A stretch of DNA of 63,068 nt, counting the filler, from Choristocarpus tenellus KU-1152 (lineage: Eukaryota > Protista > Phaeophyceae): assembly GCA_964200185.2 (NCBI GenBank). It is 12 parts of 12 records of this genome, joined end to end, with 100 filler letters (N's around TTAATTAATTAA, not from the genome) between each part and the next. Parts side by side here need not be neighbours in the genome. Positions count along the whole stretch, not along the records: positions 21,571 to 32,106 come from CAXNAD020002871.1; positions 32,207 to 35,678 come from CAXNAD020019805.1; positions 35,779 to 41,817 come from CAXNAD020009097.1; 9 more parts are not named here. The stretch is one strand, 5' to 3'. Below are positions 26,302 through 39,615 of this stretch, piece by piece. How positions within the stretch are numbered: position 1 is the first letter of the stretch; each line of letters opens with the position of its first letter. The translations under genes and the position numbers were made by a program. A model generated the notes under the pieces. That model worked only from the letters and a program-made list of their open reading frames with translations, was not told the origin of the DNA and searched no databases.

Positions 26302-28819
26302 AATCTAGGGTGGTTACAGAATCGACAGTTTTACCTCACAAGGGCTCCTAAGTGCATCACTCGTTTATCTTGTCGAACTGAAAAATTCCCTTGCCAGGCG
26401 GCAAAGGTAACAGATCGGCTAGTTGTTGCTGTGTTTGTAGGTGATAGGAAGGCGGTTACTGTTTGTTGCTACCTGTCCACGCTCGCCATCTCTGTACTCA
26501 AGGAAAGTTGGAATCCCTCCATGTTTTGTTTTATTTTATTTTATTTTGTGTACAGCTTGAGCTTTAGGCTTAGTGTTTAGTGTGTTTTTTTTTGGTGGGG
26601 GAGGGGGGGGAATTATAGCCGTTTTTTCTTGACAGAGGGGGGTCTGTACTACTACTGCGGTGTTTCTTATTGTGACTTGATTTGTACACAGGAGCAGATG
26701 TGCAACAAAAAATATTTGTTTTCTTCTGTGCTTGAATCAACAACCCTAACCCTGGTTGTTATTGGTATTGGATAGATGGTGTATATTCAGTAATTGTTCC
26801 TGTTTCCAAGGTCAGTGCGCGGCTGTCTGCTTGCACCCAATATTCACTGTGGAGATGGCCCTCTGACCCTCCGTGGTGTGCAAACAGGACATCGAGATGA
26901 GCGACGAGGAAGATGAGGGTGGGGATGGAGGGCATCTTAGGAGAGCCGTTGTAGGGATGAGCTGCCTTGACCTGGATGGAGGAGGGGGGGAAATGAGCTT
27001 GGGAGTTGAGGAAGAAAAGGCACCAGAAAAAGGTATATTGTTCCTGACAAGAAAGAGTCTTCTCGGGTTGTTCTGGCACTGTAAGAAGTGTTCTTGCAGA
27101 GTGGCAGAGATAAGAGGGAGGACCCACCCGGTTGCTAACACGGTAGGTTGGTAAGTTCGACCGAGAGCCGTTGACCCCAAGGATGTATCAGATTGCATAT
27201 CTTTGGTGTTACACTGAGGGAGGTACAGGTGTAGGAGGGCAGAAGAGGGTACAGTGTTTGGTGTACACAACATGTATGCCATTGTACTCTGAAGTACACA
27301 GTGGTACAAAGGTTTTGGTAGGACCTTTTTTGGTGATTTTTTTTTTTACTTTTGTGAATTTCTTACCAACTCATGATAGAGGGTGCAAGGGACCAAGTAA
27401 ACCTAGTGGTGTATGTAGATAACTGCAGTGATGCCTTACCACCCCTATCCCTCTAACCTTGGTTTCTGTTCCACCTACCTGTCCACCCACATATATACAT
27501 GCAGTTAAAGGTAGCAGGAGGAAGGGCAAGGGGGGAGGGGGTGTCCGTGAGGAGATCCGAAAGCTAAAAGAGCTCCTGGGTGTTGATGACCCAAATCGTA
27601 CTCCACAGGTAACTGAAGTATATTCATAGCAATTACTGCCCGCTGAGGCACAGTGTATTTATTGATGGGGCAGTGGGATGGAGGGCTTACATAAGGCTCA
27701 CGTAGTTTTAGGCTGAACTAGCAAATTGAATGTCGTGGGGTCTACTGCTCATAATATGTCGTTTGTGTGGGGGACTATAGTGGGTAATGTTACCATGGAA
27801 GAACTCATTAATCAGCACGAAGTCGCCCACCCCCATATCATGGATTAGAACATTTCTGGGAATGAGGACAAGCACGCTGCTAAGACCGCCCTTCTTTCAG
27901 ATTTTACACTTCCAGTATTGTAGTCGGAACTGCAGATAAAGAGGTAAGACACCTCTGTCTCATACGTAAACAAAAGAAGAAAAAAAATTGGAACGTGTGA
28001 TCCATCCTACTGTGCTTGGAAATGTCTTGCAAAGTTTCGTTGATGCGCACGCACACATTGCCACACTCCTTTTGGGACGCACAGGCAGGAGAGGTGATGC
28101 GGGATTTCTTTGATCGTACCAAGGGGTACTGGACTTCCGAGGTGATCGCACGCATGGAGGCTAAGGAAGGGACCATGGAGCCCCTGAGTGAAAAGGTGCC
28201 GTTCATGATAGTCGGACCACTTTCCATTACCACTGTGCTATTGTAGGGTTAGGGTGTGAACAAATGGCGCAATTATGTCGTGTGTGTATTTTGTTAACAT
28301 TCCTTTGTGATTCCAACCAATTTGATCCTGTGTGTGTGTGTACCGCCAATCGATTTGCAAGTGGCGTTTTTCATGTGACGGTTTCACTCTACCTTCTCAG
28401 GCTGTAGGTGCCGCCTTGCCTGTTGGGCAACACCCCACATTGATTGCTTGCATCTAATTTTTCGAGGGAGTTTTTGTCGTGCGCGCGCATATGTGTGTGT
28501 GTGCACAAGCCTGTTTGTCTGATAGCTTAAAAGCTCCACCATTTTATATAGAAGTATATAGAAAACCACCCGGTGGTGTTATTTTCCAACCTCTTATGTG
28601 TTATGCTTGTGCCACTCTACCATTTGCCAGGAGCTGCGAAGAGATGCCTTTGCTCTTGCTGGAGAGCGTTATAGTGAGCTTGAGCCTTCTTTGAGAAGAC
28701 TGAACAGGCTTGAGGCCGAGCAGAAGGAGTTGCAGGCAGCTGAGGCTGAGAAGAAGCATGCCCTCCGTGGTGGAAGGAGCAGTGGCAAGCCCATTGGCTC
28801 GCGTGGTGGCCGTCGGTAG
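23584..28819 (+). CDS. KLHDC4: Kelch domain-containing protein 4 / Kel3-like with C-terminal DUF4110, 3' part. Exons ~23584-23689, 24953-25132, 26888-27032, 27505-27608, 28085-28195, 28631-28819
   Basis: PLPRINPCLAVRGNTLYVYGGMLE|VGDREFTLDDCWTLELN (last kelch repeat), an acidic linker, TPQ|AGEVMRDFFDRTKGYW and K|ELRRDAFALAGERY (DUF4110-type). Phases are compatible; stop at 28817-28819. Confidence 0.88.
26269..26300 (+). repeat. (CAA)n microsatellite
   Basis: Direct observation. Confidence 0.9.
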
Positions 28820-29449
28820 CACCATGAGCACCTAGAGTGATGCAGTAATATGGAGCAAGAAGAATGATGCAAAGGTGTAGGTGGTGTAGCTCTAGATTGG
28901 TGGTAAGTTGCGGGTTTAGGGCATCCTGTTAATATATGGCGCTGTTTGTTCATACCCTCTATCCTATCCCTCAGTTTACTTTTAGTTGGGATGTTGGCAT
29001 AACAAGTCTTGATGTTTGATCAGGGTTGGGGTCGCAGTGATTAGCGATGTTGGGACTAGTGAGTTGAAATGTGACTATTGAGAGTAGGGGGGGGCTACCG
29101 TCTGTGTTTTGTTTGCAGTATCTTTGTTGTGCTGTGGAGGCACAATGTGTTGATATTTTTATAGATTAATTGCAGGTACCCTGTTTGGTATGTGTGTGGG
29201 GGGGGGGAGGGGGGTTGTGTTGGCTTTTAAACGGCCAAAACTTTATCTTCGTGTTCCATTTGGAGTCGTATATACTGCATGGAACATGTTAACTATAGTG
29301 ATATCCAAGGCAATCGATTGCGAGACACCTCTCTGTCTTGTCTATCACAGCAGGAGTAGTAGTACTGATCAATGCCTAGCGGTTCAACCGCCATATTATT
29401 TGAGCAAGATACCATCATCAGCATTGCAATGAGCAGGAGGAAGTAGTTA

Positions 29450-31960
29450 GACATACTGGAACACCAATCAAACTGAGGAGTCTCTATTGTCAGGAGAAAT
29501 GTTGACACTTGCAACTTAACTCTGCAAAAACTCTTGAAATAGATATAAACTGTATAGATCCCCCTATAGCACAAGAAGAGGAGTTTTTAAAATTATGCAT
29601 CAGCCAGAGGTGTGTATGGTGGAAGGTGTGATGCATGAGTTCTGAAAAGCTCAGGAAAGATCAACTTGGACTTCTGAAAGCTCAGATGTTCTGGATTAGA
29701 CACAACCAAAGACAGCAGAAGTAACTAAGGGTGTACCTTCTACCACTTGTTGAGTCCATGACAAGAAGACAAAGGAAGTCATGATGAGCATATTTCAGTA
29801 TGCATAAATTGTGCTATGGAAGTTGGGCTGCAGGAGACAATTGAGGTGGAGGGAATAGAGCTTATTTCTGCTGAGGCCGTTGACATAGGATCAAGTTTAC
29901 CAACAGGGCTAGATGTAGGAGAGAGCACTGAAGCAACCTTGACTACCATGCAAAAGAGATCACCACAATGGCTTAGAACTGTGAGGTTATGACAAAACTA
30001 TGAAGCAAGAGTTCCTAAAATATCAGGAGAGGTAACATCACCCAAGGTTTGACACATGTCACCAATAGAAAGAGGAGGAATGCTACAGCAACAACGGTGG
30101 TCATCTTCCATTGCCCCTCTTACCAAGAAAGAAGTTACTATTGAGGATACATCGAGAATCGCAGAGTTGGTGGTTTGCACGAGCCAAGTTGCACTGGAGG
30201 AATCAGAGGAATATGAAACTTCTGAGGTCGAACGTGTTGCCTTACAAGTTCCTGTAGAGTTGGTGATAGTGCAGATTCCTCATGAGGTAAGATGCTTGGC
30301 TGCTACCTCTAGTAGGCCCAGAATCGACTTGAAAGGAGAAAGTGAATTGGTGTATGAGGTTCTGCTTTGAATGCGAGGAGCTGCAATACAGGAGTTCCTA
30401 GAAGATCAGGAAACATTAAGCATGCCATGGACTTTGGAGGGTCTAAAGGTTATACTTCGAGTACTAGGTAAGCGATCCTGGGGACAGCAGTAGTTGAGGC
30501 TTGACGATGTGAAAGCCAGTATGAGGATAATTCAGGGGATGGCACCACTCTTACTGTGAAGCTAATTTTCAATGCATCAATTGTACCACAAGGGGTACGT
30601 GAAAGGGAGAATGCTGAACCAACCGTTATGATGATGTATAGTCCTCTTGTGAATGAGCTCGACACCAAGGTCATGACTACCGTGACTCAGAAGTGTGCTG
30701 GGTTTTAGGTGGAAGTAGGAATGCAAGGAATAGTTCATCGAAATGAAAGATAATGCTGCGTTGGAGACAAGAGAAAGAGCTGCAATTATGATAGCGTTAC
30801 AGCCTTGAAGCCTTCCTCTGACCTGTATCAAGTGACTGTGGAGAATTGAACCGGAATGGCTCCAGTCCAAGTACTGTGTACCATGGAATTGTATCGGTAG
30901 AGTGCCCGGAGAGTGAAACTTCTCCTGAGCCCAAATATGCTGAGTCGTTGGATACTGTAGAGTCAGAGGCAGCACAAATTCCTCTTATGATACCATCCTT
31001 GCCTGCTTGTAACCAAAGTGATTAATATGGAAGGAGTGACCGAAATGTCATGTGAGCTTGAATTGAGAATGGAGGGAGACATCAAGCACACTTCGACATT
31101 GGATAGCCCATTGGTTTTCTGGACCAAACACCACTTGAGACAGCTGCAACATCAGAGGTCTAATCTGCTAGCCCTCACTTGAGCCATGAATTCAAGACCA
31201 CTCCAATGGCAAAAGATAATACTGGGTCTAGTGGAGTGTACACTGGAGGCTGAATTACAAGAGACAAGATTGGGAGGTACTAGTGTTGATGCTGATTGGC
31301 AATATAGTAAGTGTACCAGGGCTAGGTACAGGAGGGAGCGTCGAACCATGATGCCATTGTCTAGCCCACCAGTAAGCTTCGCGCTATGGAGGCCATGCCT
31401 ACTATGAATCAGAAGTGCGCAGAGTGTGTATTGGTATTGGCAATGAAAGACTTGCCAAAAGACCAGAAAAAAATAGTATCTGATGATGCTGCCATGGATA
31501 TCACGTTGAATACAACAACACGGGAGAAAGGTAGCATGTTCTGGGACAACGCGATTTAAACACACTACTCTTAGTGGTAATGGAGGGACCATCGAGAAGG
31601 CAGCCAAGATTACTCAACAGTAAACAGTATGTGAGAGAGGACCAAACTCTCCTCTACATCATAGCTAACCTGAAGCCCAACCCTCCAGGGCAGAGCAAAA
31701 GGTAACCACAAAATATAGTGTATCTGGATCGCACTGGTCATTATGTAATTATATAACTTGGTTACAGTCATCAAGGTTGAAACGTAGGCTACTCATCTTC
31801 TGCGTTATTTATACTATACAGCATTACCAGCTCATACTGACTGTTGATTCGCACATCAGTACTGGTCGTTGCTCACCTTTTACATCATCGATACTACATC
31901 ATAGGGTCATCAATCATCATGGTTTATAGGAAGTATGGAACAGTCGACACGTATCAAACA
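29450..31960 (+). mobile_element. Heavily decayed Copia-like remnant with possible 3' LTR
   Basis: EP/NE..L/VLGFRWK-like RT start at ~30615-30715, RNase H-like fragments at ~31300-31620, purine tract at ~31631, end ...TCAAACA at 31960. Confidence 0.5.
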
Positions 31961-32037
31961 TGCAGGCATTGTTTGTACCTCATGAGTTGTCCCAGATATT
32001 GAATTCGATTTTTTTTTATCTTCACAACAGAAACACC

Positions 32038-32106
32038 TGTGAATCGTGTGATTCTGTGGCGGCGTGGTTCACTCAGGCAAGGGTGGCGAAGAGAATCACT
32101 GGCCAA
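32038..32106 (+). repeat. Terminus of an interspersed LTR-like repeat; second copy ends at 46727 (minus)
   Basis: TGTGAATCGTGTGATTCTGTGGCGGCG.GGTTCACTCAGG.AAGGGTGGCGAAG.GAATCAC is shared with the reverse complement of 46660-46727. Similarity starts sharply at TG. Confidence 0.8.
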
Positions 32107-35100
32107 NNNNNNNNNNNNNNNNNNNNNNNNNNNNNNNNNNNNNNNNNNNNTTAATTAATTAANNNNNNNNNNNNNNNNNNNNNNNNNNNNNNNNNNNNNN
32201 NNNNNNCGCCTCTGGTATGAAGATTGGCCGCTACATACATACGTAACGCCTCTAACATGAAAGATGATCACAAGATCGGCTCAACGTAGTGACAGTGTGG
32301 TGACAGACCTTGCTTACTAAGCGTGCCAAAATTACCCGATAATAACAGCCATTAAAGCAAAAAATATATACGAAGTACAAGCAAGCTTCACAAGTATGTA
32401 TAGTATGAAACATGTGTTCTTCTTTGTCGACTTGGTTGGTTAGTTTATTTGGTGGATGTGACCTATCTATCCCTTTCTTGTACAAACCACATCACCCTTT
32501 CAAAAATATTTATAACTAGTGGAAGAAGACGTNNNNNNNNNNACAATATGTAGTGTACCATACATATAAGCATGCCAAAACCGTTACCAGCTCCCCCCTG
32601 TACCTTTGGCTTGGTCGAGGTCGCTTCCAAATCGTAGCGGTGCCCTTGAAAAGTGCCGCAACATTACAAAAAAATATATATGTGTACTTTCCGCACACCA
32701 TTTTGGGTCAAACTCATCCTCCATAGTATGCTTCATCCTCAATTTCGGTGAATAGATAGGTCCGTGACCCGTCTCTTACCGTTACTTCATTTTCCCCTTC
32801 ATTGTGCTCCCAACTTGCAATCAACCTAGTGGGGGCCCCACCTATAATTATTAACACCCTTGACCAAATATAATTTTTATATATTTTCCTAGGAATGGGA
32901 TAGTAGCTGCGCTGGTATTTTCGGAGATGCATGTACCTGTCCGAGAAGATAGAACACATGTGCACTGAACAGTTTACCACTAATCAATCATCTATATCTA
33001 CCAGGCAAATAGAGCCTTGCCAGGATTCCCAAGAGTACGTCACACAATGTTTTGGTGGGTTGAAATAGCATTTTCAATTTTTCGAGCTTGTCTCACTTAG
33101 TAGGTGTTACATAGACAAGTTTCATCTTCCTACCTTCATGTGTGGAGGTCAAATAAGATTTCCAATTGCACGTACATAACGACAGCATCAGCGTATGTAA
33201 GAAACGCCTCAAAGGTAGGAGCTTTTAATACCTCAACACACATTTACATCATGAATATCATGCAAGAATTCTATCCTGTGGTACCAGGACCTGGGAGGTT
33301 GAAGAGGACGTAAAAATTCAACATCTGTGCTGTGTTACCCTCCAATGAAAAAGAAGAAAAAAAAGGTCAACAGTTTTTGAGATTTTGAAATTAGCTCAAA
33401 TTAACAGTGCATTTCTACACCATCTCAAGTTCGAAAAAGGTATTCGAAAATGATATCGTTACCTCTTCTTCTTTCTGTGTTTGGGATTATGGGGACTGTA
33501 ATGGAAGAAGTCGTTTGTGGCGCCTTCACCAGACAAACGGGAAACTCCAGATTTTCCTAAAATAATAAAAAGCAACGCTGGCATAATCGTAAGATAACGT
33601 TCATTACTGCTACATTTTTTTATTACAGGATTATTACCTGTGTGACCTCCCTGATTGTAGACAGCAAATTTGACCCTTTTTTCTCTCGCTTGCACTTATG
33701 CACAGAATCAATGCACTGTTTGTCCAAATACCTGTAGGATCTAGCGACACACTGGAAAGTTACTTGCGTCTAGCTTCACACTATCGCATCATACATGCAT
33801 ACAATAACAACAAAGATAAGTTAATCACTTTGTAGCAGGACACTTGGCGGATCACAGGACAGTTGGTACTAATGGGGCACATTACATTATACTGGATTTA
33901 TTTAGTAGTTCTGCCTGCTGATTGACTTCGAGATTCAAGTGAGGGTCAAGCGCATGCATATGTACACATTTCGAAACAAGAACTGAAGCTGGTGGCCCTG
34001 CGCTGGCACTAGCACCACACAGTAAGGAAGGGTAAGCAAGTGAGAAATTGTGTACTTTGTATAGTATGTATATCAACTTAGAAGATATTTCGAGAGCAAG
34101 AAGAGTAGCTTGCATGCCCCAAAATAGAGGGGGGTGGACAGTTTTCTCACCTCGGCTAGGTATGCATTGGCAAATGCCCCTTCTGTTGCCTTTGGTAGCT
34201 ACTTTTTCACGCCTACCCCCAAACTTTATCTCAGCAACCTTCCCACACCTGCATGACTGAGGTTACACATACCCCTAGGTCAAAACGAAAACGCAATCGT
34301 GAAACAAAAACAATTTCTGAATACACGCAAACACAAACACTCCTAATATCTACGAACACAACAAACCTCTGCCCAAACCTTGTTCACTCACCGCTCACAC
34401 AGACAGACATCACACGTCACCCAACACCCCTATCCCAAGCACAGTATACATGAAGCAGCAAGCCACCCGAGAGCTCTATATAATACATTTGGGCATAACA
34501 ATTGGATCCCACCACCCTAGTCCAATGATGAGTCAAGGTCAAGGTGTCCAGAAGAAGAAAGGGTGAGCAGGAAGTAAGGGCCAGCACCAAGAAGACGAAC
34601 CTTCACATCATGTACTGTAGGCCCCTGAAAGGTATGTCTTCTCAAGACATAATCTTGTGTGTGAGGGTGACGGCAGGAGAATTGCCTCTCTCGACACCCT
34701 GTACTTACTCAATAGTAGAACAGTAGTAGAGCATTTCTCGCCAATAGAAACACCACCTAAGTTCATGTTGCTCTTCTCCTGCTAGTATGATACTATACTA
34801 CTAGGTGCCCCTCACCAGCACCACCATATTGCTGCCTCTGATACAACTTTGCGAACCATGTTGGGATTTGTTTTCAACCGAAGGAATCACCTACTGCTCT
34901 GCTTGACTTGAGATACACACTGATGCCTCCAATGCGATTGAGAGGTGGGACATACAGACTAGACACAGTGCCCCACCACTTCCATTAGACACACATATCT
35001 ATATCTGATAGGATCAATGGGATCAGGCGTGTGCCGCTCTGTGGCAGTGGGGAGCACTACCTTCACAGCAAACAGCCACATTATATTCTTGAAAGTGACC

Positions 35101-35778
35101 CCTTGCCCCTGTCTCAGAACCTACCATTCATGAGCAGAGGCCTATTTACCCATATTTCCCCTCTCTTACACCCTCCATCCTTGCCAAAACGCCTGCCAGG
35201 ATGCAAAAAACCAGGCTTGGCGTGCCTTCACATGGAAAGGATTGTTGGCAGGATCTTTGATAAAACATGTGCTATGCCTTCATGCATTTTCGCTTCCATC
35301 GCTCCTATCAGCAGGAGACATCCCAAAAATCCGCTGTGCATTATCATCGCATTAAAAAATATATTTATATATATATTTCGGACATTCATCCCCCCCATCC
35401 AATGTTAATTTAAGCAAGGTCACACAAAAAACAAAGTAGTGAGGATTGGTGGGGAGGGGGGAGGGGGGAGGGGGGAGGAGAAAGAGCAGAGCAGGGCAGG
35501 GGAATCTCAGTGGTCACAGGGTGCAGACAGTGTTGGCATTAGAAACAACACTACAGGGTAGAACTACAAGTACCAAGTACCATAGACCCTCAATGCAGTA
35601 CAAAGTACAGAGAGTCATGCATCTGGTATTCTGGTGGGAGATTGGGCTGAAAAGGGGGCTGGGGGCAGGGTTGGGGTGNNNNNNNNNNNNNNNNNNNNNN
35701 NNNNNNNNNNNNNNNNNNNNNNTTAATTAATTAANNNNNNNNNNNNNNNNNNNNNNNNNNNNNNNNNNNNNNNNNNNN

Positions 35779-38271
35779 GGTAGGCCTTGCAGTGGGACCA
35801 GCAGAAAGGTGATGTTGAAGCCTCCTTGACACAGCAGGCGGCAACTTGCTGCTCTCTCGATTGGTGTCTCGGGAAAACGTTGGTGCTCTTTGCCTCCGGT
35901 TCAAGTCCTTTCTGAGAACCTCCTTTCGCCTCGAGTACTGCGCACGAATGCTGTGAAACTCTTCCAAGCGGTTGCTGTTGCTGACCCTTCTGACACCCGG
36001 CGGTATTTTTCTACCGGCAAGTGGAAGCCGCTGACTATCTCCAACACCCCCACATCTCACAGAGCTTGCTGCTGCAGATCTTTTTCGCTGCATCCACTCG
36101 CGAATAATTCGGTCTTGGCGTGCAATGCGTTGTGCCTCAGCCTTCTCCCCAGCTATCTTCTTCTTAGCTTCACGGCGCCTCTTCTCCATCTTGGCACTAC
36201 GGAATGAACTTCCCTCATTCCCTCGTCCACCACCACCTATGCCGGAACGATTAGATCGTCCTCTTACATCAGGTAGGGATGTTAGTAGGGAGGGAGCTCC
36301 TGACACTTGTCCTCGTGCCAAAGAATTATTACGGCCTCTTCGACCATTCAACTGCGCTACACCAGTCCTTGACACTGCCGATCCTGAGCAGTTCCGACCG
36401 CCTCCTCGCCCCTGCCTGTTTAAATGGACAGCATAATAATACCTTGAAGGTCCCTTGATGGAAGCCTCAACCTTTTGCTTTGAGAAGCTTAGACGACCAT
36501 GGCCACTTCTCGATGCCCCTGATGTCACTCTGTTTGTTGCTGCCTGTGTTGTGTCCATCTCTACACACTCTGTCCCTTCTTTGCCCCTTGGCTTGGACTT
36601 TCCCTTTGAAGAGCAAAAGTCGTCATATACATTACTCCTCTCCAGCAAGGTTATACGCTTCTCCAGATCTACCAGCTTGTTGAGGCTGCCCAGGACTGTG
36701 TTGAGAGCACCAACAGTCCTTTCCCCGCCCATTCCCTGTCCTTCCATTGCTCTATGCTGAGCACCTGACCCATTAGTTGTGTAGTGTTTTTGTCCCTCAC
36801 CCTTGACCTTGTCTTCCTGACTCCGATTCTGCGGCTCAAGCACCTTCCCTATAAATAGCTGCTCTCTTTCTACCTCCAGCTCCTTTAGGGCGGACCGGTA
36901 TTTGGCACGACGTGCTTGCATCTCTCCTCTTTTCTCCACCTGTGAAAAGAGGTAGAATCCGCACCAATGCAACATCATGTTTCCAGCAGATGTAAAATTG
37001 ATTAATGGTGTTTGGATACCAGAGGAGTCCCTTCAAATTGTTGCCACAAGCCCTGCTTCATTATACAAGGGTGAACAGCAACGAGGGAGGGAAAAGCATT
37101 CATTCCTACCACAATGGGGTATCAACACTTCAAAGCCTTGGTTGTACGAATGGCACGAGGAAAGAGAAGACATGTTATGTTCCGTTGGGCACTCATCGAG
37201 GTCTAGGCAATTATGTGATCAGCACGAACTAATTTGAAAGAGGAAAGGGGGTAAAGAGAGGTCAGTGTGGGATTGATGTTTATTGTGTGGAGAGGAAACC
37301 CTTCCAGGCATGAGTAAGAAGGAAGAATTGTACTTGATGAGAGTTGAATGTGACTCTTCAAGTAGAATATGAATCTGCAACACACAATATACCAGATGCC
37401 AAATTCCTTAAGGCCATCCTAAATGTGGTTCTGATAAAGAGTCTGCCTGCAAATGATGGTTTGGATCCTATCAAGGCCAGGATTGCTCCAACAGGGGGAT
37501 TCTTGTGTGTGCTCGTTGAGAATGTGGTGCAACGTAAGATGACCTGCCTTCCACTCACTATATTAAGTTCCAAGTATAGATCGACTTGATTTTAGTCCTA
37601 CCGTGTTCTACAATACCGATGTATAACTAACTATAGGAGGCTGATGTCTGCCCCAAGAAGGCAAAAGGTAGCAATGCTTCAGTTTGGTAGCATATCAAGC
37701 TCAAGGCTAGAGAGAGGTAGAGACTGACAGATATTTCGCGTATCAACCGTATTACCTTCTGTCTGAGCTTCCTCAAGCTGCGGATATGGCCGGATACCTC
37801 GTTGTCGAGACGCTCATCTTTCAGTCGCTCCTCCGCCTCGTACCTGATTATTGCTTCCTTCGAAACTTGAAGAGGTTTACTCTGCTCCTCCTCAATAACC
37901 TGCTGCATCCAGGCCGCTCTTTCCTCGATTGGCATAGCTAGGGTTGTAGCCGCTGGGATAGGTTTGGTAAAACCCCCACCTTGAGCTTTAATCTTCTTCG
38001 TCTTCAAAAGCGCAGCTTTGAGCGCGGCCTCGTTGGCTAGCTTGTGCCAGCGTAAGAGCTTCATTTCGGCCTTAAGATCCTCCACTGGATTCGTGGGACA
38101 TCCAGAACGCGTTGATCTCTTTGAGCGCGCCGTTGTGGGGACAGCAGGTAGTTTCCCTTTGCCGAGATCATCCATTGATGATTGAAAAGCCTCAAACTCC
38201 GTCACCCAACCATCGTGCCCCAAGTGCTCACCATCTCCTCTTCCAGGTGGAGGCGCGACGCTGATCGTCAT
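35779..38271 (-). CDS. Uncharacterised coiled-coil/basic protein, 3' partial. Exons 38271-37756 and 36939-<35779
   Basis: Two long open frames joined in phase 0 by a GT-AG intron (RKLRQK|VEKRGEMQ...). Helical segments such as LNKLVDLEKRITLLE. No family recognised. Confidence 0.75.
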
Positions 38272-39615
38272 GGTTCAACAAAGGACTGCCTGGGCAGTAA
38301 TGACTTAGGAAATGGAAGAACAAATCGTGAAGCACCAAGAACAAAGAGTACAAACTGAGATGACCAGGCGAATCGAGGCTCGTTCTCCCAGGTTGCATCA
38401 ACAAACCGAATCACGATTCCTTTTCCGCTCAATTATTGCGGTTTCAGAAAAATAAAAACATAGTAGTAGTGTGTAGTTGTAATCAACGATCGCAACGTCT
38501 CTCTTACCTGCTTGATGCTCAGCACTTAAGGCCTCCTATACAAGTATTCCATCTGTTTGTGAGATCAAGTGATCCTACTACCCAGGATCGACCTTGCAAA
38601 GAGGAATACAACCAGAAATATATGCAATTCATCACACAAGAGCAAAGGTGTGTACTTGGTGTGTCATGGAGCATCTTCTAAAAAAAATTGGAAGTGTTAT
38701 ATTATTGATGAAGTCATGAAACCAAGGATTTCATTGTAGCATGGCTCATTAGGACTAGGTAGGACATTAATTACTAGTGCGTTCCTATGTAAGAAAGAGT
38801 TGAGATAAAGCAAGCATAAGATGGATGATTTTTGAAGGATCATGTGTTTTTAACGCTCCCCACAATGTGGAACCACCTGTTTTTTTGTTCTTTTCTGTCG
38901 TAGCCAAGTCCGCGCGATAAGGACGTGCACGCGTAAAACGCCTTCTCACGGTTCTGGACGATTTTCCACGTTTGTAAGAGACCCAATACGCCGAAATACG
39001 CGTATGAAAGAAGGGTTATATCACCTATACGTAGTTAACATCTTCGGACGGCAACAGGGTTGGACAAGCGAAAACTACGACACTTCAGCAGACAAGGCTG
39101 CTCCATAATTATTTTTAATTCCTTTCTTTATCCAACACAAACAGACGTTCTTTCCACAAAAGAGTAGAAAGGGACACACCCACCTGTTGAAACCTCTGAA
39201 ACCATCATAAAGTAAGAATTGTGTGTTGAGTATTGAGTGTTGAGTTCGCAATGTGTTCTTATATTTGAGTTTCAACAATTTCAGGTTTTTAAAATATAAG
39301 TTCCAGCTTTCATGAAATGAATATGTAAATTACTTGCAAACTTGGGGATGAGTTCACCTGAAATTATCTCTGAAGACTTGGCTGAAAAAAATCATACAAA
39401 TAAATTTCATGAACTTACTGACAGTGATGAAATAGACATAAATACTATTGAAAAAAAAAATAGTTAAAGAAAAATTACATTCTGACATAAATATTGAAGC
39501 TGATGAAAATGAAGTAGGTAATTGTTCAAAAGAAATTTCTACACTAGAAAAAGAATATAAAATACTCCTTAGCGCTAATGGAATACAGTTAAAAGTCATC
39601 GGTACTTTAGATAAA

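Noticed and set aside
32207-35678. Short ORFs on this contig as genes or TE proteins
   Set aside because: No recognisable motifs or convincing splice chain.
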